From: Escherichia phage AV108
Length of the DNA stretch: 64,000 nt
Sequence record: OR352938.1
Reading direction: 5' to 3' (one strand)
The notes below the pieces were generated by a model. That model saw nothing but the letters and a program-made list of their open reading frames with translations. It was not told the DNA's origin and searched no databases. Within the stretch, counting starts at the first letter, position 1; every line of letters begins with the position of its first letter. The position numbers and the translations under genes are program-made. Shown here in pieces: positions 9,837 to 19,275 of the stretch.

Positions 9837-9910
9837 ATTTGATTCTCCTGTAAAGTTGTATCTCGTCTTGATGAATATAGTATAGGGGATCTCGCGATCC
9901 CCGTCAAGCA
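9837..9910 (-). promoter_or_regulatory. PeSL-like early promoter-leader cassette
   Basis: Minus strand: TTGAC(G) -35, GGGGATC..GATCCCC palindrome (two GATC), TATACT -10, leader ...caggagaatcaaATG. Confidence 0.55.
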
Positions 9911-9911
9911 T

Positions 9912-10439
9912 TTATTTTAAATTTTTTCGAATGTAGTCAGACCATTCCTTCCCTGTCAGTTCGGTCCCATTCTGGAAACTGAAATATTCATACGGCATCG
10001 AGTCAAGATAAAACAGGATCATACATCGCGCCATATAATACCAATCACGATTAAAGTAAACTACGTTATCACCAGTACCATCAACCCCTTTATCATAACC
10101 ATCGCGGGTACGGGCAACCCATTGAATAGTATCATTTTTCTCACGGATAGTAACAGGTTCCCAATATCCAGCACATCCAGCATGACCACACGAACAAGTA
10201 AGGAAATATTGTCCTTTTGCTTTGTTGTCATCCCATTCACGATGGATCGGTTTGATTTCGTGAAACATTGCCAAACAATCATGATTATGCAACACCGGCT
10301 TACCATCAATCAATGCATGGAATGTATACAAACGACCCGTAGACAAATAGCTATCCTCACGCTCAACCAGTTCAATAGCAATCTTTTTAGCTCGTTCTTT
10401 GTGTCGTTGTGCTTTACGCTTACGGTTTAATGATTTCAT
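9912..10439 (-). CDS. hypothetical early protein (~175 aa)
   Basis: ORF track 9912..10460; ATG at 10439 preceded by GAGGTG RBS; Cys/His-rich (CSCGHAGCAGYW). Confidence 0.5.
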   Translation of the reverse strand: MKSLNRKRKAQRHKERAKKIAIELVEREDSYLSTGRLYTFHALIDGKPVLHNHDCLAMFHEIKPIHREWDDNKAKGQYFLTCSCGHAGCAGYWEPVTIREKNDTIQWVARTRDGYDKGVDGTGDNVVYFNRDWYYMARCMILFYLDSMPYEYFSFQNGTELTGKEWSDYIRKNLK

Positions 10440-10456
10440 ATTCACCTCACACATTA

Positions 10457-10996
10457 TCAAAGGTCGCGATATAGTACATTATGAAAATGAGAACTTGCAT
10501 TACCAATATTGTAGATAATAAATTCTTCATCCGGCGCTTGCGCTACAAATTGAGTATGAGCAACCGCCACAACCTTAAAAATACGATCCGTGATCTTGTG
10601 TTTAATTTCTGCCCCTACTTCCATAGGAACATATTCATTTGTTTCTGTTTCAGTCGCAAAACAGCCATCTTCTTCATAAGCACGAACAAATCTGTCGCAA
10701 TCAGTACGCTTAACAAATTCAAGAGTATATAATTCTCGTGAATTGTCGGTATAGACCAATACAGAATTATTATGATAGCGAATCACATACAGGTTATTAT
10801 CATCGTCAATTACGCAAAAGCTACGGATTCCTTCGCCTTGACTCCAGCAGATATTAACCACCGTTCCTCTAATAAAAAAACTTTCCTTTAAATTAAAACT
10901 AGTCAATGTGCTAGCGTGCATTTTAACAACAACACCATCGCCAATTTCCAGTTTACGAATTTTAACTTCTTTGCTCAGTACACAAAACATCATCAT
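10457..10996 (-). CDS. hypothetical early protein (179 aa)
   Basis: ORF track; first gene after a promoter cassette; MMM start. Confidence 0.5.
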   Translation of the reverse strand: MMMFCVLSKEVKIRKLEIGDGVVVKMHASTLTSFNLKESFFIRGTVVNICWSQGEGIRSFCVIDDDNNLYVIRYHNNSVLVYTDNSRELYTLEFVKRTDCDRFVRAYEEDGCFATETETNEYVPMEVGAEIKHKITDRIFKVVAVAHTQFVAQAPDEEFIIYNIGNASSHFHNVLYRDL

Positions 10997-11056
10997 GTTG
11001 TCCTCTCGTTGTTTTCGATGTGAGCATTATACATTAGCTAATCATGTTGTCAACAC
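10997..11056 (-). promoter_or_regulatory. PeSL-like early promoter-leader cassette
   Basis: Minus strand: GTTGACA -35, ~16 bp spacer, TATAAT -10, leader ...aacgagaggacaacATG. Confidence 0.6.
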
Positions 11057-11059
11057 CCC

Positions 11060-11095
11060 AAAACGAAAAAGCCGACCCTTTCGGATCGGCTAAAA
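11060..11095 (-). terminator. rho-independent terminator after nrdD
   Basis: Minus strand hairpin agccgatccgaaagggtcggct followed by ttttt. Confidence 0.6.
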
Positions 11096-11096
11096 A

Positions 11097-12959
11097 TTAC
11101 ATGTGCTTAACGCGGTTTACCATCTCGGAGTGTTTCCCGTGGTTAAATGGACGCAGATCAACAGATCCAAGATATCCACTAACGCGACGGATAACATTCA
11201 TCTTTTCCAGATTGTCGTTGCCGCAATCAGGACAAACAAAACCAGACTCGGTCGCTCTCATTTCCTTATTAGACCCGCATACATGACATACATCAGAAGG
11301 AGTATTAACACCGAAGTAGTGCAATTTATCCATTGCATAGTCTACTACAGTTTCAAGACCTTTCAGGTTGTTTTTCATGTCTGGGAACTCAACATAAGAG
11401 ATCATGCCACCGGACGCCAGCCAGTGATAATCTTTCTCAAAGTCAATTTTCTCAAACGGTGTAACCTTCCGGTCTACGTCAAGGTGGAATGAGTTGGTGT
11501 ACCAGTCTTTATCGGTAGCACCCTTAACAATACCAAATTGCTCTCTGTCCAGTCGATTAAATCGATAGCAAAGGCTCTCGGCTGGCGTACCGTAAAGACT
11601 AAACCCAAGTCCGGTTTCGTCCTTCCATTTTTCAGTATAATGACGCAAGATCTTAAGAATATGTTTACCGTATCGCTGCGCATCTTCCGAATCAAACGGA
11701 TGAACATCAAACAGGACGCTCAATACCTCATGTAAACCAATATATCCAAGAGAGATACTAGCGCGACCATCTTTCAACACTTCCAAAATTTCATCGTTTT
11801 GATGAATACGGAAAAATGCACCTTCGGTATATAGTACAGGAGCAACATTGGCTTTAGCGCCTTTTAAAGCGTCTACGCGACTCATGAGCGCATCAAAACA
11901 AATAGGCATACGATTAGCTAGCTCTTGTTCGAATAGCTCAATTCTGCGCATTACAGACGCTTTACCAGCACGACGCGCGGCAATAAGAGCAATACGCGGA
12001 AGATTCAGAGTCACAACACCCAAGTTATTACGTCCGTCTAATACTTCTTCGCCTTTCTCATTATGCCATACACCCAGGAAGCTACGACAACCCATCGGGC
12101 TAACCGGAACACTAGATCCAGTGATGCTACGGTTATTCTTCGCAGAGATATAATCAGGGTAAAGACGCTTACTAGAACATTCCAATGCAAGTTGCTTAAT
12201 GTCGTAGTTCGGATCTTCCGGTTTAAGGTTTAATCCTTCTTCTAAGAACATCACCAGCTTAGGAAACACCGGAGTTATACCGTCTTTACCTAAACCTTTA
12301 GTTCGAACTTTCAGGATCGCTTTCTGAATCAGTTTTTCTTCCCAGCTAGTACCCATACCAAAGGTTAAAGTCACAAAAGGCGTTTGACCGTTGGTGGAGA
12401 ACAAAGTGTTGATTTCATATTCCAACGCTTGATACCCGTCTAGCGTTTCTTTTTCTGTCTTCTCTTGTGCATAGAGAGTATCAGCTTTGATTCCGTAGGT
12501 TTCGGCATCAGCAAGGTGTTTATGATATGTTTTCTCAACGTATGGCGCTAAAACCTGATCGATGTTTGCAATTGTGGTCCCGCCATATTGATGACTTGCC
12601 ACCTGTGCGATAATTTGAGCGGTTACAGCACAAGCAACGCCGATCGATTTCGGACTTTCGATTTGTGCGCTACCCAATTTAAAACCATTCTCTAACATGT
12701 CTTTGAGATTAACAAGACAGCAGTTAGTAAACGGCATAGCGGGTGCATAATCCATATCATGATAATGAATATCACCGTCTACATGCGCTTTATAGATGTG
12801 CTCAGGTAACACGGTTTTAGCAATCTGTTTAGACACAGCGCCAGCAATCAGATCTCGACGTGTCGGGAATGTTCGCGCGTCTTTGTTCGCGTTCTCTTTA
12901 CTTACTTCGTTTTCTTTACCCGTTGCGATCTCTGTAATGTCTTTGATTAGTTTTTCCAT
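11097..12959 (-). CDS. nrdD: anaerobic ribonucleoside-triphosphate reductase NrdD (glycyl radical enzyme)
   Basis: 620 aa; C-terminal Zn-ribbon CHVCGS...CPDCGN; intact ORF with no intron-like interruption. Confidence 0.92.
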   Translation of the reverse strand: MEKLIKDITEIATGKENEVSKENANKDARTFPTRRDLIAGAVSKQIAKTVLPEHIYKAHVDGDIHYHDMDYAPAMPFTNCCLVNLKDMLENGFKLGSAQIESPKSIGVACAVTAQIIAQVASHQYGGTTIANIDQVLAPYVEKTYHKHLADAETYGIKADTLYAQEKTEKETLDGYQALEYEINTLFSTNGQTPFVTLTFGMGTSWEEKLIQKAILKVRTKGLGKDGITPVFPKLVMFLEEGLNLKPEDPNYDIKQLALECSSKRLYPDYISAKNNRSITGSSVPVSPMGCRSFLGVWHNEKGEEVLDGRNNLGVVTLNLPRIALIAARRAGKASVMRRIELFEQELANRMPICFDALMSRVDALKGAKANVAPVLYTEGAFFRIHQNDEILEVLKDGRASISLGYIGLHEVLSVLFDVHPFDSEDAQRYGKHILKILRHYTEKWKDETGLGFSLYGTPAESLCYRFNRLDREQFGIVKGATDKDWYTNSFHLDVDRKVTPFEKIDFEKDYHWLASGGMISYVEFPDMKNNLKGLETVVDYAMDKLHYFGVNTPSDVCHVCGSNKEMRATESGFVCPDCGNDNLEKMNVIRRVSGYLGSVDLRPFNHGKHSEMVNRVKHM

Positions 12960-12964
12960 TGTAT

Positions 12965-12995
12965 CACCTATGAAAAAGCGGGATTTTCTCCCGCT
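12965..12995 (-). terminator. rho-independent terminator between 13006..13500 and nrdD
   Basis: Minus strand gcgggagaaaatcccgc hairpin followed by ttttt. Confidence 0.5.
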
Positions 12996-13005
12996 CGTTG
13001 ATAGT

Positions 13006-13500
13006 TTATTTTACCAGTTCTGCTAATTCTTTTTCTTTAGCTTCTAGTTCAGCTTTAAGCTGTTTAATCTCTTGTCGCTTCTTATTAGCGGCTTCTTGCT
13101 TACTATTTCGGATAACCTGATCTAGATACAACTCCCAATCCTGAATATTTTTGATAATGTATCCGTCAACATTAATTGGTCGGAGATTCAGTACAGCTTC
13201 CAGTTTAGTCGCAAAAACTTTAATTGCTGGTGTGAAGTATTCATATTCGTTATCTTCAAACCAATAACCTAGACTTGCATTATCAATACGAAGACGAAGT
13301 TCAAGATCAAGGTCTTTATCTTCGGTGTAAAGATCTTTCACCTGACCCAGCGAACTAACAACAACTTTAAAACGAATTTTATCTACACCACCAAACACAT
13401 CAGTAAGTATATCAGCAATTGAGCTATTAGCGCAAGATTGGTCGCTGAATGCGTCAAGGTTTTCTTTAGTTACAGTATACCAAACATCTTGTACCCACAT
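13006..13500 (-). CDS. paralog-family protein H (164 aa)
   Basis: GYWFEDNEYEYFTPAIKVF motif; C-terminal coiled coil KQEAANKKRQEIKQLKAELEAKEKELAELVK. Confidence 0.55.
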   Translation of the reverse strand: MWVQDVWYTVTKENLDAFSDQSCANSSIADILTDVFGGVDKIRFKVVVSSLGQVKDLYTEDKDLDLELRLRIDNASLGYWFEDNEYEYFTPAIKVFATKLEAVLNLRPINVDGYIIKNIQDWELYLDQVIRNSKQEAANKKRQEIKQLKAELEAKEKELAELVK

Positions 13501-13560
13501 AATATAATCCTCTCGTTGTTAAGTGGGAGTATTATAGCATACTCCCTTCGCATGTCAAGC
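13501..13560 (-). promoter_or_regulatory. PeSL-like early promoter-leader cassette (variant with gaggattatattATG leader)
   Basis: Minus strand: TTGACA -35 overlapping stop of upstream gene; TATAAT -10 inside inverted repeat gggagta..tactccc; RBS GAGGA. Confidence 0.55.
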
Positions 13561-14733
13561 ACTAACTTTTTTCTTTACTGCTTTCACCTTCTGGCGAATT
13601 GCTCGAATCTCTTCGATCTCTTTTTCAGTATCTTTAACAATTTCTTTGCGATTCTGAATATCTTTATCGAGATTATCATCAAGTTTAGGCAGCATGTCAA
13701 TCAAGAACTTTTTAAGGTCTTTCAGGTTGCGAATAACAGTACCTTCACCCATTACCGCCACGCCTACACCATCCGGCAGATCACCAAACAGTTTAACCAG
13801 TTCAGACAGATGATCATGATCTTCTAGTGCTTCTTCCGGTTCAGATGGCAGTTCAACAAAGTAATAACGTTCATCATTGCTGATCAGGTGATACCAGCAA
13901 AGCCCAAAAGATTTAGGAGTATATTCTACACCACCAACTTCAACTGCGTCAACACTTCCGAAAGAATCTACTTTAGTTACCTTAAATCCATGTTCCAGCG
14001 TTTTAATAATTTCAATAACATGACTGGATACGGTTTCAGTATTAAACCAATGAGGCAAATTATGTGGATTTGGCTTGTATCGTTCGCCTACTTTAAATCT
14101 CTGACCACGCTCTTGCATACGGACATATTCAACTCGCGTGATTTCCGCGAAGTATTCAAATTCGCTACCGTCAAACAAGCAATTCCATTGATCACAAAAA
14201 CGATCCGCCTTGACGGTTTCACCTTTCGCGGTGATCATGGTAGCTGATCCGTGCAATTCTTCTTCAACTAAAAAGCCATATTCGACAAAATCAACAAGTT
14301 TCATGGCTTCTTTGTGCTCTGGGTCATGCTCTCCCCAGAATCGCTTAAATTCTTGCAAACCTTCTGGGGTAAACGAATAACATTTACCTTTTTCAAAGTA
14401 AGTCGGCATTGCATCCTCTTTCTTGTTCATCGCTTCGTATGCCTCTTTTGAGATACGTTTAAAGTATTTGCGCTCATTGTGCATAATCATAGTAGACCAA
14501 TAATAAACGATATCCTCAGCGGAATAAACTACATCTCCAGCTTCAATAGTAATAACATGACCGTGGTCATCTTTTTCTAATACTTTAAAGCCCTTTTCTA
14601 CGATTTCAGCAACCCGAATATGACCACGGCGCGAAGCATCGGTCAGAATAATTGAATAGCGAGAAAAGTCTAGAAACTCATCTTTACCGCCTTCACGGAA
14701 TGCATAGTAATGACCTTCAAAGAATTTAGCCAT
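13555..14733 (-). CDS. paralog-family protein G (392 aa; three tandem copies of the family domain)
   Basis: Three repeats: YYWSTMIMHNERKYFKRI, QWNCLFDGSEFEYFAEI, CWYHLISNDERYYFVEL; KGFKV/HGFKV motifs; charged C-terminal tail. Confidence 0.55.
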   Translation of the reverse strand: MAKFFEGHYYAFREGGKDEFLDFSRYSIILTDASRRGHIRVAEIVEKGFKVLEKDDHGHVITIEAGDVVYSAEDIVYYWSTMIMHNERKYFKRISKEAYEAMNKKEDAMPTYFEKGKCYSFTPEGLQEFKRFWGEHDPEHKEAMKLVDFVEYGFLVEEELHGSATMITAKGETVKADRFCDQWNCLFDGSEFEYFAEITRVEYVRMQERGQRFKVGERYKPNPHNLPHWFNTETVSSHVIEIIKTLEHGFKVTKVDSFGSVDAVEVGGVEYTPKSFGLCWYHLISNDERYYFVELPSEPEEALEDHDHLSELVKLFGDLPDGVGVAVMGEGTVIRNLKDLKKFLIDMLPKLDDNLDKDIQNRKEIVKDTEKEIEEIRAIRQKVKAVKKKVSA

Positions 14734-14805
14734 AATATAATCCTCTCGTTGTTTAGATGGGAGTATCTTACTACTCCCGTTTCATCATGTCAAGCGTTAA
14801 ATGAC
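14734..14805 (-). promoter_or_regulatory. PeSL-like early promoter-leader cassette
   Basis: Minus strand TTGACA -35, inverted repeat gggagtagtaagatactccc around the -10, gaggattatattATG leader. Confidence 0.55.
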
Positions 14806-15374
14806 TTTTGGATCTCTTTCAGTTCAGCTACTTTATCGGCGCTGAATTTAGCGTAGGTATCATGTCGAATAATTTCACTTTCAAGAAAGGTTTCCAGCCG
14901 AGATCTATTTTCAATAAGGAACTCTTTCAGGTCTTCCGCGTTCTTGATAAAGATTTTATTGTCAGTAATGTCATCTTCAATCGCAAAGGAGATAGAGCGA
15001 ACTTTACCAAACAAGTTAATCAGATCTTCCAGAGATTCTTCTTTCTTAACTGGTTTCATTTCTTCAAACTGCTTTTTAGTGATGCGTTTAAAGTATTTGC
15101 GCTCGCTTGCATCAATCATGATTGATGCACCCTCATAATCATGAGTTTCTACCAAATACACTTTACCCATAACATTAACCGTAAGAACTTTAAAGCCCCT
15201 GTGAAGCACACCATACAGGAACTTGTTATGTTGTGGGTAGCGTTTAACAAATTCCTCTGCGGACTTAGCATTACGGAAAGTGTAATAACGACCTCGTTCA
15301 AAAACAGCATCATTTGAAGACTTAGCCGGATACAATTTATACGTTTTCTGTACCATAATATAATCCTCTATCAT
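14790..15374 (-). CDS. paralog-family protein E (194 aa)
   Basis: RGFKVLTV, IMIDASERKYFKRITKKQ; helical C-terminus. Confidence 0.55.
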   Translation of the reverse strand: MIEDYIMVQKTYKLYPAKSSNDAVFERGRYYTFRNAKSAEEFVKRYPQHNKFLYGVLHRGFKVLTVNVMGKVYLVETHDYEGASIMIDASERKYFKRITKKQFEEMKPVKKEESLEDLINLFGKVRSISFAIEDDITDNKIFIKNAEDLKEFLIENRSRLETFLESEIIRHDTYAKFSADKVAELKEIQKSFNA

Positions 15375-15382
15375 TTCACTAA

Positions 15383-15643
15383 TTAAACAGCACGGAACAG
15401 AATGCGCTCACACGGAAGCAGCATAAATTCCCAACGCGGGTCAAAGTCTTTAGCGGTGTATGTTTTCCCATCAACCGCTATTTCACTTACATAACCAACA
15501 GGTGACACTTTAAGAACAGTAAACCCGTTCTTGATGACTTCGTAGGTATCTTTCACCCCTTCGTATTCATCATCTAAGAAGTCTTTATGTGCTTGCTCAG
15601 ATTTAAAAACATAGGCCACACCGGATTTAAACATCTTACGCAT
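15383..15643 (-). CDS. paralog-family protein F (86 aa; single domain, no tail)
   Basis: GVAYVFKSEQAHK, NGFTVLKV, AVDGKTYT, RWEFMLLPCERILFRAV. Confidence 0.5.
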   Translation of the reverse strand: MRKMFKSGVAYVFKSEQAHKDFLDDEYEGVKDTYEVIKNGFTVLKVSPVGYVSEIAVDGKTYTAKDFDPRWEFMLLPCERILFRAV

Positions 15644-15706
15644 TGTTGATTCTCCTTCTTGATTAGATGGGAATATTTTACTACTCCCATTTCATGTTTG
15701 TCAACT
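15644..15706 (-). promoter_or_regulatory. PeSL-like early promoter-leader cassette
   Basis: Minus strand GTTGACA -35, hairpin gggagtagtaaaatattccc containing TAAAAT -10, leader aggagaatcaacaATG. Confidence 0.55.
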
Positions 15707-15707
15707 A

Positions 15708-16181
15708 CTATCTTAATCTTTGTATGAATTGTTTCTTATACTTCTTCGTGATTTCTTCTCGTGTATCAGCGTCGCAGTAATCGAAACCTTCTGCGTCCAT
15801 AATATCAACCATCTCCGCGCGTGTCAAGCGTGAAAATCGTTTTACTTTATCAACAGCATATTGAGGATGTAAATGATTGTTGGTGTAGTCTCCTTTGATG
15901 TAATTAACATAGTTTGTAGCCCAAACAACGAAATCAGCACCTAAAGCACCAACACCAAACCGTTTAAAGTCTCCGGTCAACGATCCTTCTAGGCGGTTGC
16001 AACACGAATGAAGCAATCCCCTTACGCGGCCTTGCCCTTTCCCATCTAGATCATGATCATGGTCAAGATGGTTTTTGCTCATATCCTCAAAAAGTGGCAA
16101 TTGACAAAGGGGGCAAATGCCCCCCTGTTTTTCGAATAGTTCTTGTTTGTACTCTTTAGCACTCTTAGCAGTCAGTAACAT
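15708..16181 (-). CDS. 49: endonuclease VII (Holliday-junction resolvase gp49)
   Basis: ATG at 16181 gives 157 aa MLLTAKSAKEYKQ...CPLCQ...NHLDHDHDLDG...VRGLLHSCCN..., matching T4 gp49 (157 aa) as recalled; GGAGGGTG RBS. Confidence 0.85.
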   Translation of the reverse strand: MLLTAKSAKEYKQELFEKQGGICPLCQLPLFEDMSKNHLDHDHDLDGKGQGRVRGLLHSCCNRLEGSLTGDFKRFGVGALGADFVVWATNYVNYIKGDYTNNHLHPQYAVDKVKRFSRLTRAEMVDIMDAEGFDYCDADTREEITKKYKKQFIQRLR

Positions 16182-16205
16182 AAATTCACCCTCCAAAGAA
16201 GGTAT

Positions 16206-16487
16206 TTAACCATTAATCTTGTTTTTGACTACAAAGGATCTGAACTCATCAAAACCACCTATATAATCACCATTATAGAAAATCTGCGGCATGGTGGCAA
16301 TAACTTCTACCCCTGCGCGATCCTGAATGTCGGCAATGATAGAATCAATCTTTACCGGACGACCGTTTTCGTCTACACCATCATTAACCGGAATGTAGAT
16401 GTAAGGGATCTTACGCGATTCACAAAGGCGCTTTGCATTCTGGCAATACTTACAGTTGTAACCTTCAAAACCAAAAATTTCTACCAT
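16206..16487 (-). CDS. nrdC: NrdC-like thioredoxin/glutaredoxin
   Basis: CKYC CxxC active site; ...MPQIFYNGDYIGGFDEF... glutaredoxin signature; resembles T4 NrdC. Start at internal ATG (track start is TTG). Confidence 0.8.
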   Translation of the reverse strand: MVEIFGFEGYNCKYCQNAKRLCESRKIPYIYIPVNDGVDENGRPVKIDSIIADIQDRAGVEVIATMPQIFYNGDYIGGFDEFRSFVVKNKING

Positions 16488-16495
16488 ATTATACC

Positions 16496-17308
16496 TCAAT
16501 CTACGTTAGTTACATAAACTTCTTGCGTATCAGAAGACTTGCCACCTGAACGATCTAGGCAATAGGTCTTATTCAACAGGACGCAGTTTAGATCATTCCG
16601 CTTGATAAAGTCAAGAAGATGATCATTTACCTTTCCCTTATGATGCGTGACATTACTGATACCAAACTGAAAACCACGCGCCATAATAGATTCTACCCAC
16701 TGATAGAATTTAATCTCTTCCTCGTCACTCCAGAACTTATTATATTCCGCAGAAGTGATAAGATACGGCGGGTCCAAATAAACGAAATCACCTGGCAAGA
16801 TCTCGATCTCGTCATATCGTCCAGAAGTAAAAATGATTCGACCGTCTTTGTTTTCTTCCTTAAAATTCAGGACACGCTCTACCGCGTTTTCGTTAAAAGT
16901 CCGGCGACCAAAATTAGCATTAAATTCTCCCTTTCGGTTATGGCGGTTAATGTTGCTAAAACTGTGCTGAATCAACACAAACAGCGATAGCGGATCTGGA
17001 TTCTCGTTATACTTCTTACGAAATGTCATGTAAGCGTCTTTATCTTCGCGAGACAAATCATTTTCGGCAATAATCCGCTTGATCGTAGAAACCGGATCAG
17101 GACACTCGTCAATCGCTTTGTACGCGTCAATTAAGCGGTGATCATAGTCATTAGCCAGCACATCCCCTTCGACGTACAGAGACACGCTCAAGCCTCCACA
17201 AAAGGCATCAACAAAGCGGTTATAGTGCTTAGGGAAATACTTACTAACACCTGGCAATAGCTTTTCCTTATTGCCAGTATAGGGAATTAAACCTAATGCT
17301 TTCTTCAT
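16496..17308 (-). CDS. dam: DNA adenine methyltransferase Dam (GATC, D12 class)
   Basis: 270 aa; FVDAFCGGLSV (AdoMet motif I) ... DFVYLDPPYL (motif IV DPPY); colinear with T4 Dam as recalled. Confidence 0.88.
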   Translation of the reverse strand: MKKALGLIPYTGNKEKLLPGVSKYFPKHYNRFVDAFCGGLSVSLYVEGDVLANDYDHRLIDAYKAIDECPDPVSTIKRIIAENDLSREDKDAYMTFRKKYNENPDPLSLFVLIQHSFSNINRHNRKGEFNANFGRRTFNENAVERVLNFKEENKDGRIIFTSGRYDEIEILPGDFVYLDPPYLITSAEYNKFWSDEEEIKFYQWVESIMARGFQFGISNVTHHKGKVNDHLLDFIKRNDLNCVLLNKTYCLDRSGGKSSDTQEVYVTNVD

Positions 17309-17739
17309 TATCCCTTCCTCAAATAAGTTCGCTCAATCTCTACCAGTTCGAAAAATTCCTGCCAATCACACGGAAAATTGCAGTTTCCGAAATGATCCTC
17401 TTTGTAAAGTTCTTTACCGGATGGCAGCTTAATATCTGTTACGCTGTAGTATCCGCAACAATCGCAATCACCCTCTGTATATTCTGTTTTAGTCGGAATA
17501 TCCAACATTGCCAGATACAAAGGTACATCGTCTTGCTCAAAGTTCATGTAACCTTCATGGTCAAACGAGACAAAGTTATCATCGCCACCGAAAGGGATAT
17601 AATGGTCATAATCTGTTACAGGTTGACCGTGTAATTCCCATTCTACAATTTTAACATTACCGCTAAACTTGATACCCATAATTTCAACAAGAAAATGAGT
17701 ATCGTCAATGTAAATCTTACTAGGGGTTGGATAAACCAT
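17308..17739 (-). CDS. hypothetical early protein (143 aa, Cys-rich C-terminus)
   Basis: ORF track; gaggattatataATG start context; CDCCG...CNFPCDW. Confidence 0.5.
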   Translation of the reverse strand: MVYPTPSKIYIDDTHFLVEIMGIKFSGNVKIVEWELHGQPVTDYDHYIPFGGDDNFVSFDHEGYMNFEQDDVPLYLAMLDIPTKTEYTEGDCDCCGYYSVTDIKLPSGKELYKEDHFGNCNFPCDWQEFFELVEIERTYLRKG

Positions 17740-17749
17740 TATATAATCC

Positions 17750-18046
17750 TCATATCTCAGAGAATAGAATCTCTGTTAGCTTAACTGACTGCTCTCTGAA
17801 TGTTAGCGTATACTCGAAAGGAAAGTCAACACCCAACTTCAAAAGAGAATAGCCTACAGCCTCTTTATGCTTATCGGTTAGAGCAATCCTAACCAATTCC
17901 CGTTGAATCTCTTTAGGCGGTGAATGGATAGTAACACGGGTATCATGCAATGTCCAGTCACCATTTCGAATTAAGATTAACGGTTTATCATCATTGAAGA
18001 TCACCGACCCCTTTCCGGTAGGTGAGTGTTTTAGACTAATCATCAA
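17750..18046 (-). CDS. hypothetical early protein (98 aa)
   Basis: ORF track. Confidence 0.45.
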   Translation of the reverse strand: MMISLKHSPTGKGSVIFNDDKPLILIRNGDWTLHDTRVTIHSPPKEIQRELVRIALTDKHKEAVGYSLLKLGVDFPFEYTLTFREQSVKLTEILFSEI

Positions 18047-18275
18047 ATTCTAAGAAATATTCTGGAACGATATACCCGTTAAAGTCATTACACTTATAAA
18101 AATGTGGTGCATTCAATGCTGGATGAGCATTAGTAAAGAGTTTACCCTCTAGAAACAGAATGTAATTAATAGGTCTAATACCGACAGAATCAGGGTCTAA
18201 ACCTTTTTCTTTCAGTTCAGCCAGCGTTAAAACTCGTCCAGATCGTAACTTAGCCATGATTTGCCCCCAATTCAT
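18036..18275 (-). CDS. hypothetical early protein (~79 aa; start uncertain)
   Basis: ORF track 18036..18278 (TTG start); ATG at 18275 or 18257. Confidence 0.4.
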   Translation of the reverse strand: MNWGQIMAKLRSGRVLTLAELKEKGLDPDSVGIRPINYILFLEGKLFTNAHPALNAPHFYKCNDFNGYIVPEYFLEFDD

Positions 18276-18543
18276 CAAGATTGTGTCGCAGCATTTCAGA
18301 GTATTTTTCTACTTCCTTAATCTTAGTGTGGATATCCACGATCTCATCCACACTATCAGAAATTTTAATGGCATTCGCGAGCGTGCTTTTACCCGCTTTC
18401 ACAGTCTCTTTCATTTCAACCAACATGTCCGCGTGTTTCAATAGTAATTCTTCACGTCGAACATAAGCGGCGGTCAAAGCCTCATCAGCGATTTCTAAAG
18501 CATTTTCAGCGACACCAACAACCATTTTACGAGTAGACAGCAT
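18250..18543 (-). CDS. hypothetical early protein (97 aa, helical)
   Basis: ORF track. Confidence 0.45.
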   Translation of the reverse strand: MLSTRKMVVGVAENALEIADEALTAAYVRREELLLKHADMLVEMKETVKAGKSTLANAIKISDSVDEIVDIHTKIKEVEKYSEMLRHNLDELGANHG

Positions 18544-18557
18544 AAATTCACCTCACA

Positions 18558-18866
18558 TTATTTCACGTTAACGCCGTCATCAATCCAGCCGACGCTATTG
18601 GGTTTAACAGTTTTACCATAGGATGCATACTTAATCAAGCATGGTTTAACATCATTATCAAATCTTCCTAAACGTACTCCCAAATCAGGAATATCCATGT
18701 ATGCGGCTTTATATCCCCATGTACCGTATTCAGAATCAATCTCAACCGGACGGCCTTTAAAAGCATACACTACACCGTGACGGTCAACGATAACATAGCA
18801 ATAACCAGCCGGAAGATACACAGTTTCGCCGTAAACTTTAACTGGAGTAGCAGAAGAGATAAACAT
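18558..18866 (-). CDS. hypothetical early protein (~102 aa)
   Basis: ORF track 18558..18902; ATG at 18866 directly follows the gaggattatatt leader of the promoter cassette. Confidence 0.5.
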   Translation of the reverse strand: MFISSATPVKVYGETVYLPAGYCYVIVDRHGVVYAFKGRPVEIDSEYGTWGYKAAYMDIPDLGVRLGRFDNDVKPCLIKYASYGKTVKPNSVGWIDDGVNVK

Positions 18867-18932
18867 AATATAATCCTCACATCGTTCATTTGATGCGGTC
18901 ATTATATGATAACCGCATTTTCATGTCAACAG
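18867..18932 (-). promoter_or_regulatory. PeSL-like early promoter-leader cassette
   Basis: Minus strand TTGACA, 17-bp spacer, TATAAT flanked by inverted repeat gcggt..accgc, gaggattatattATG. Confidence 0.6.
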
Positions 18933-18936
18933 TTTT

Positions 18937-19275
18937 TTAAAAATCTTCTTCCGGTTTATATCGACCGTCATCGACTGGTTTTGGACTGAATCCTTTATGC
19001 GTGCGCGGCTTCGCTTCCGGTTTACCAGCAATCATCAAACCAAAACATTTCAGCCCCTTATAACACATAACAATATCAACCACGGTCCACGTTATAGGCC
19101 ATACGATTGCAGCAATACAAAATGCTCCTGTATCGACCTCTTTGGTGTCCTTGTCGAATCTGGCGTACAAGCAGAATACTAGATACGAGATCATTGCACC
19201 AGTAGTCCAGATATAAAGCACATTAACAATATCTTGTGTTGTCACATTATCCTCCTTACATGTCTTGCAGTGCAT
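18937..19275 (-). CDS. small membrane protein (start uncertain)
   Basis: ORF track 18937..19359; hydrophobic segments AMISYLVFCLY and FCIAAIVWPITWTVV; several candidate ATGs. Confidence 0.4.
   Translation of the reverse strand: MHCKTCKEDNVTTQDIVNVLYIWTTGAMISYLVFCLYARFDKDTKEVDTGAFCIAAIVWPITWTVVDIVMCYKGLKCFGLMIAGKPEAKPRTHKGFSPKPVDDGRYKPEEDF

Noticed and set aside
11097-12959. Group I intron / homing endonuclease inside nrdD (as in T4 sunY)
   Set aside because: The NrdD reading frame is continuous over 620 aa with no internal interruption or embedded endonuclease ORF.
16206-16499. Apparent 1-nt inconsistency between my manual base indexing and the ORF-track coordinates within the nrdC/dam junction
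   Set aside because: Most likely my own counting error; ORF-track coordinates were used as authoritative and no frameshift is claimed.
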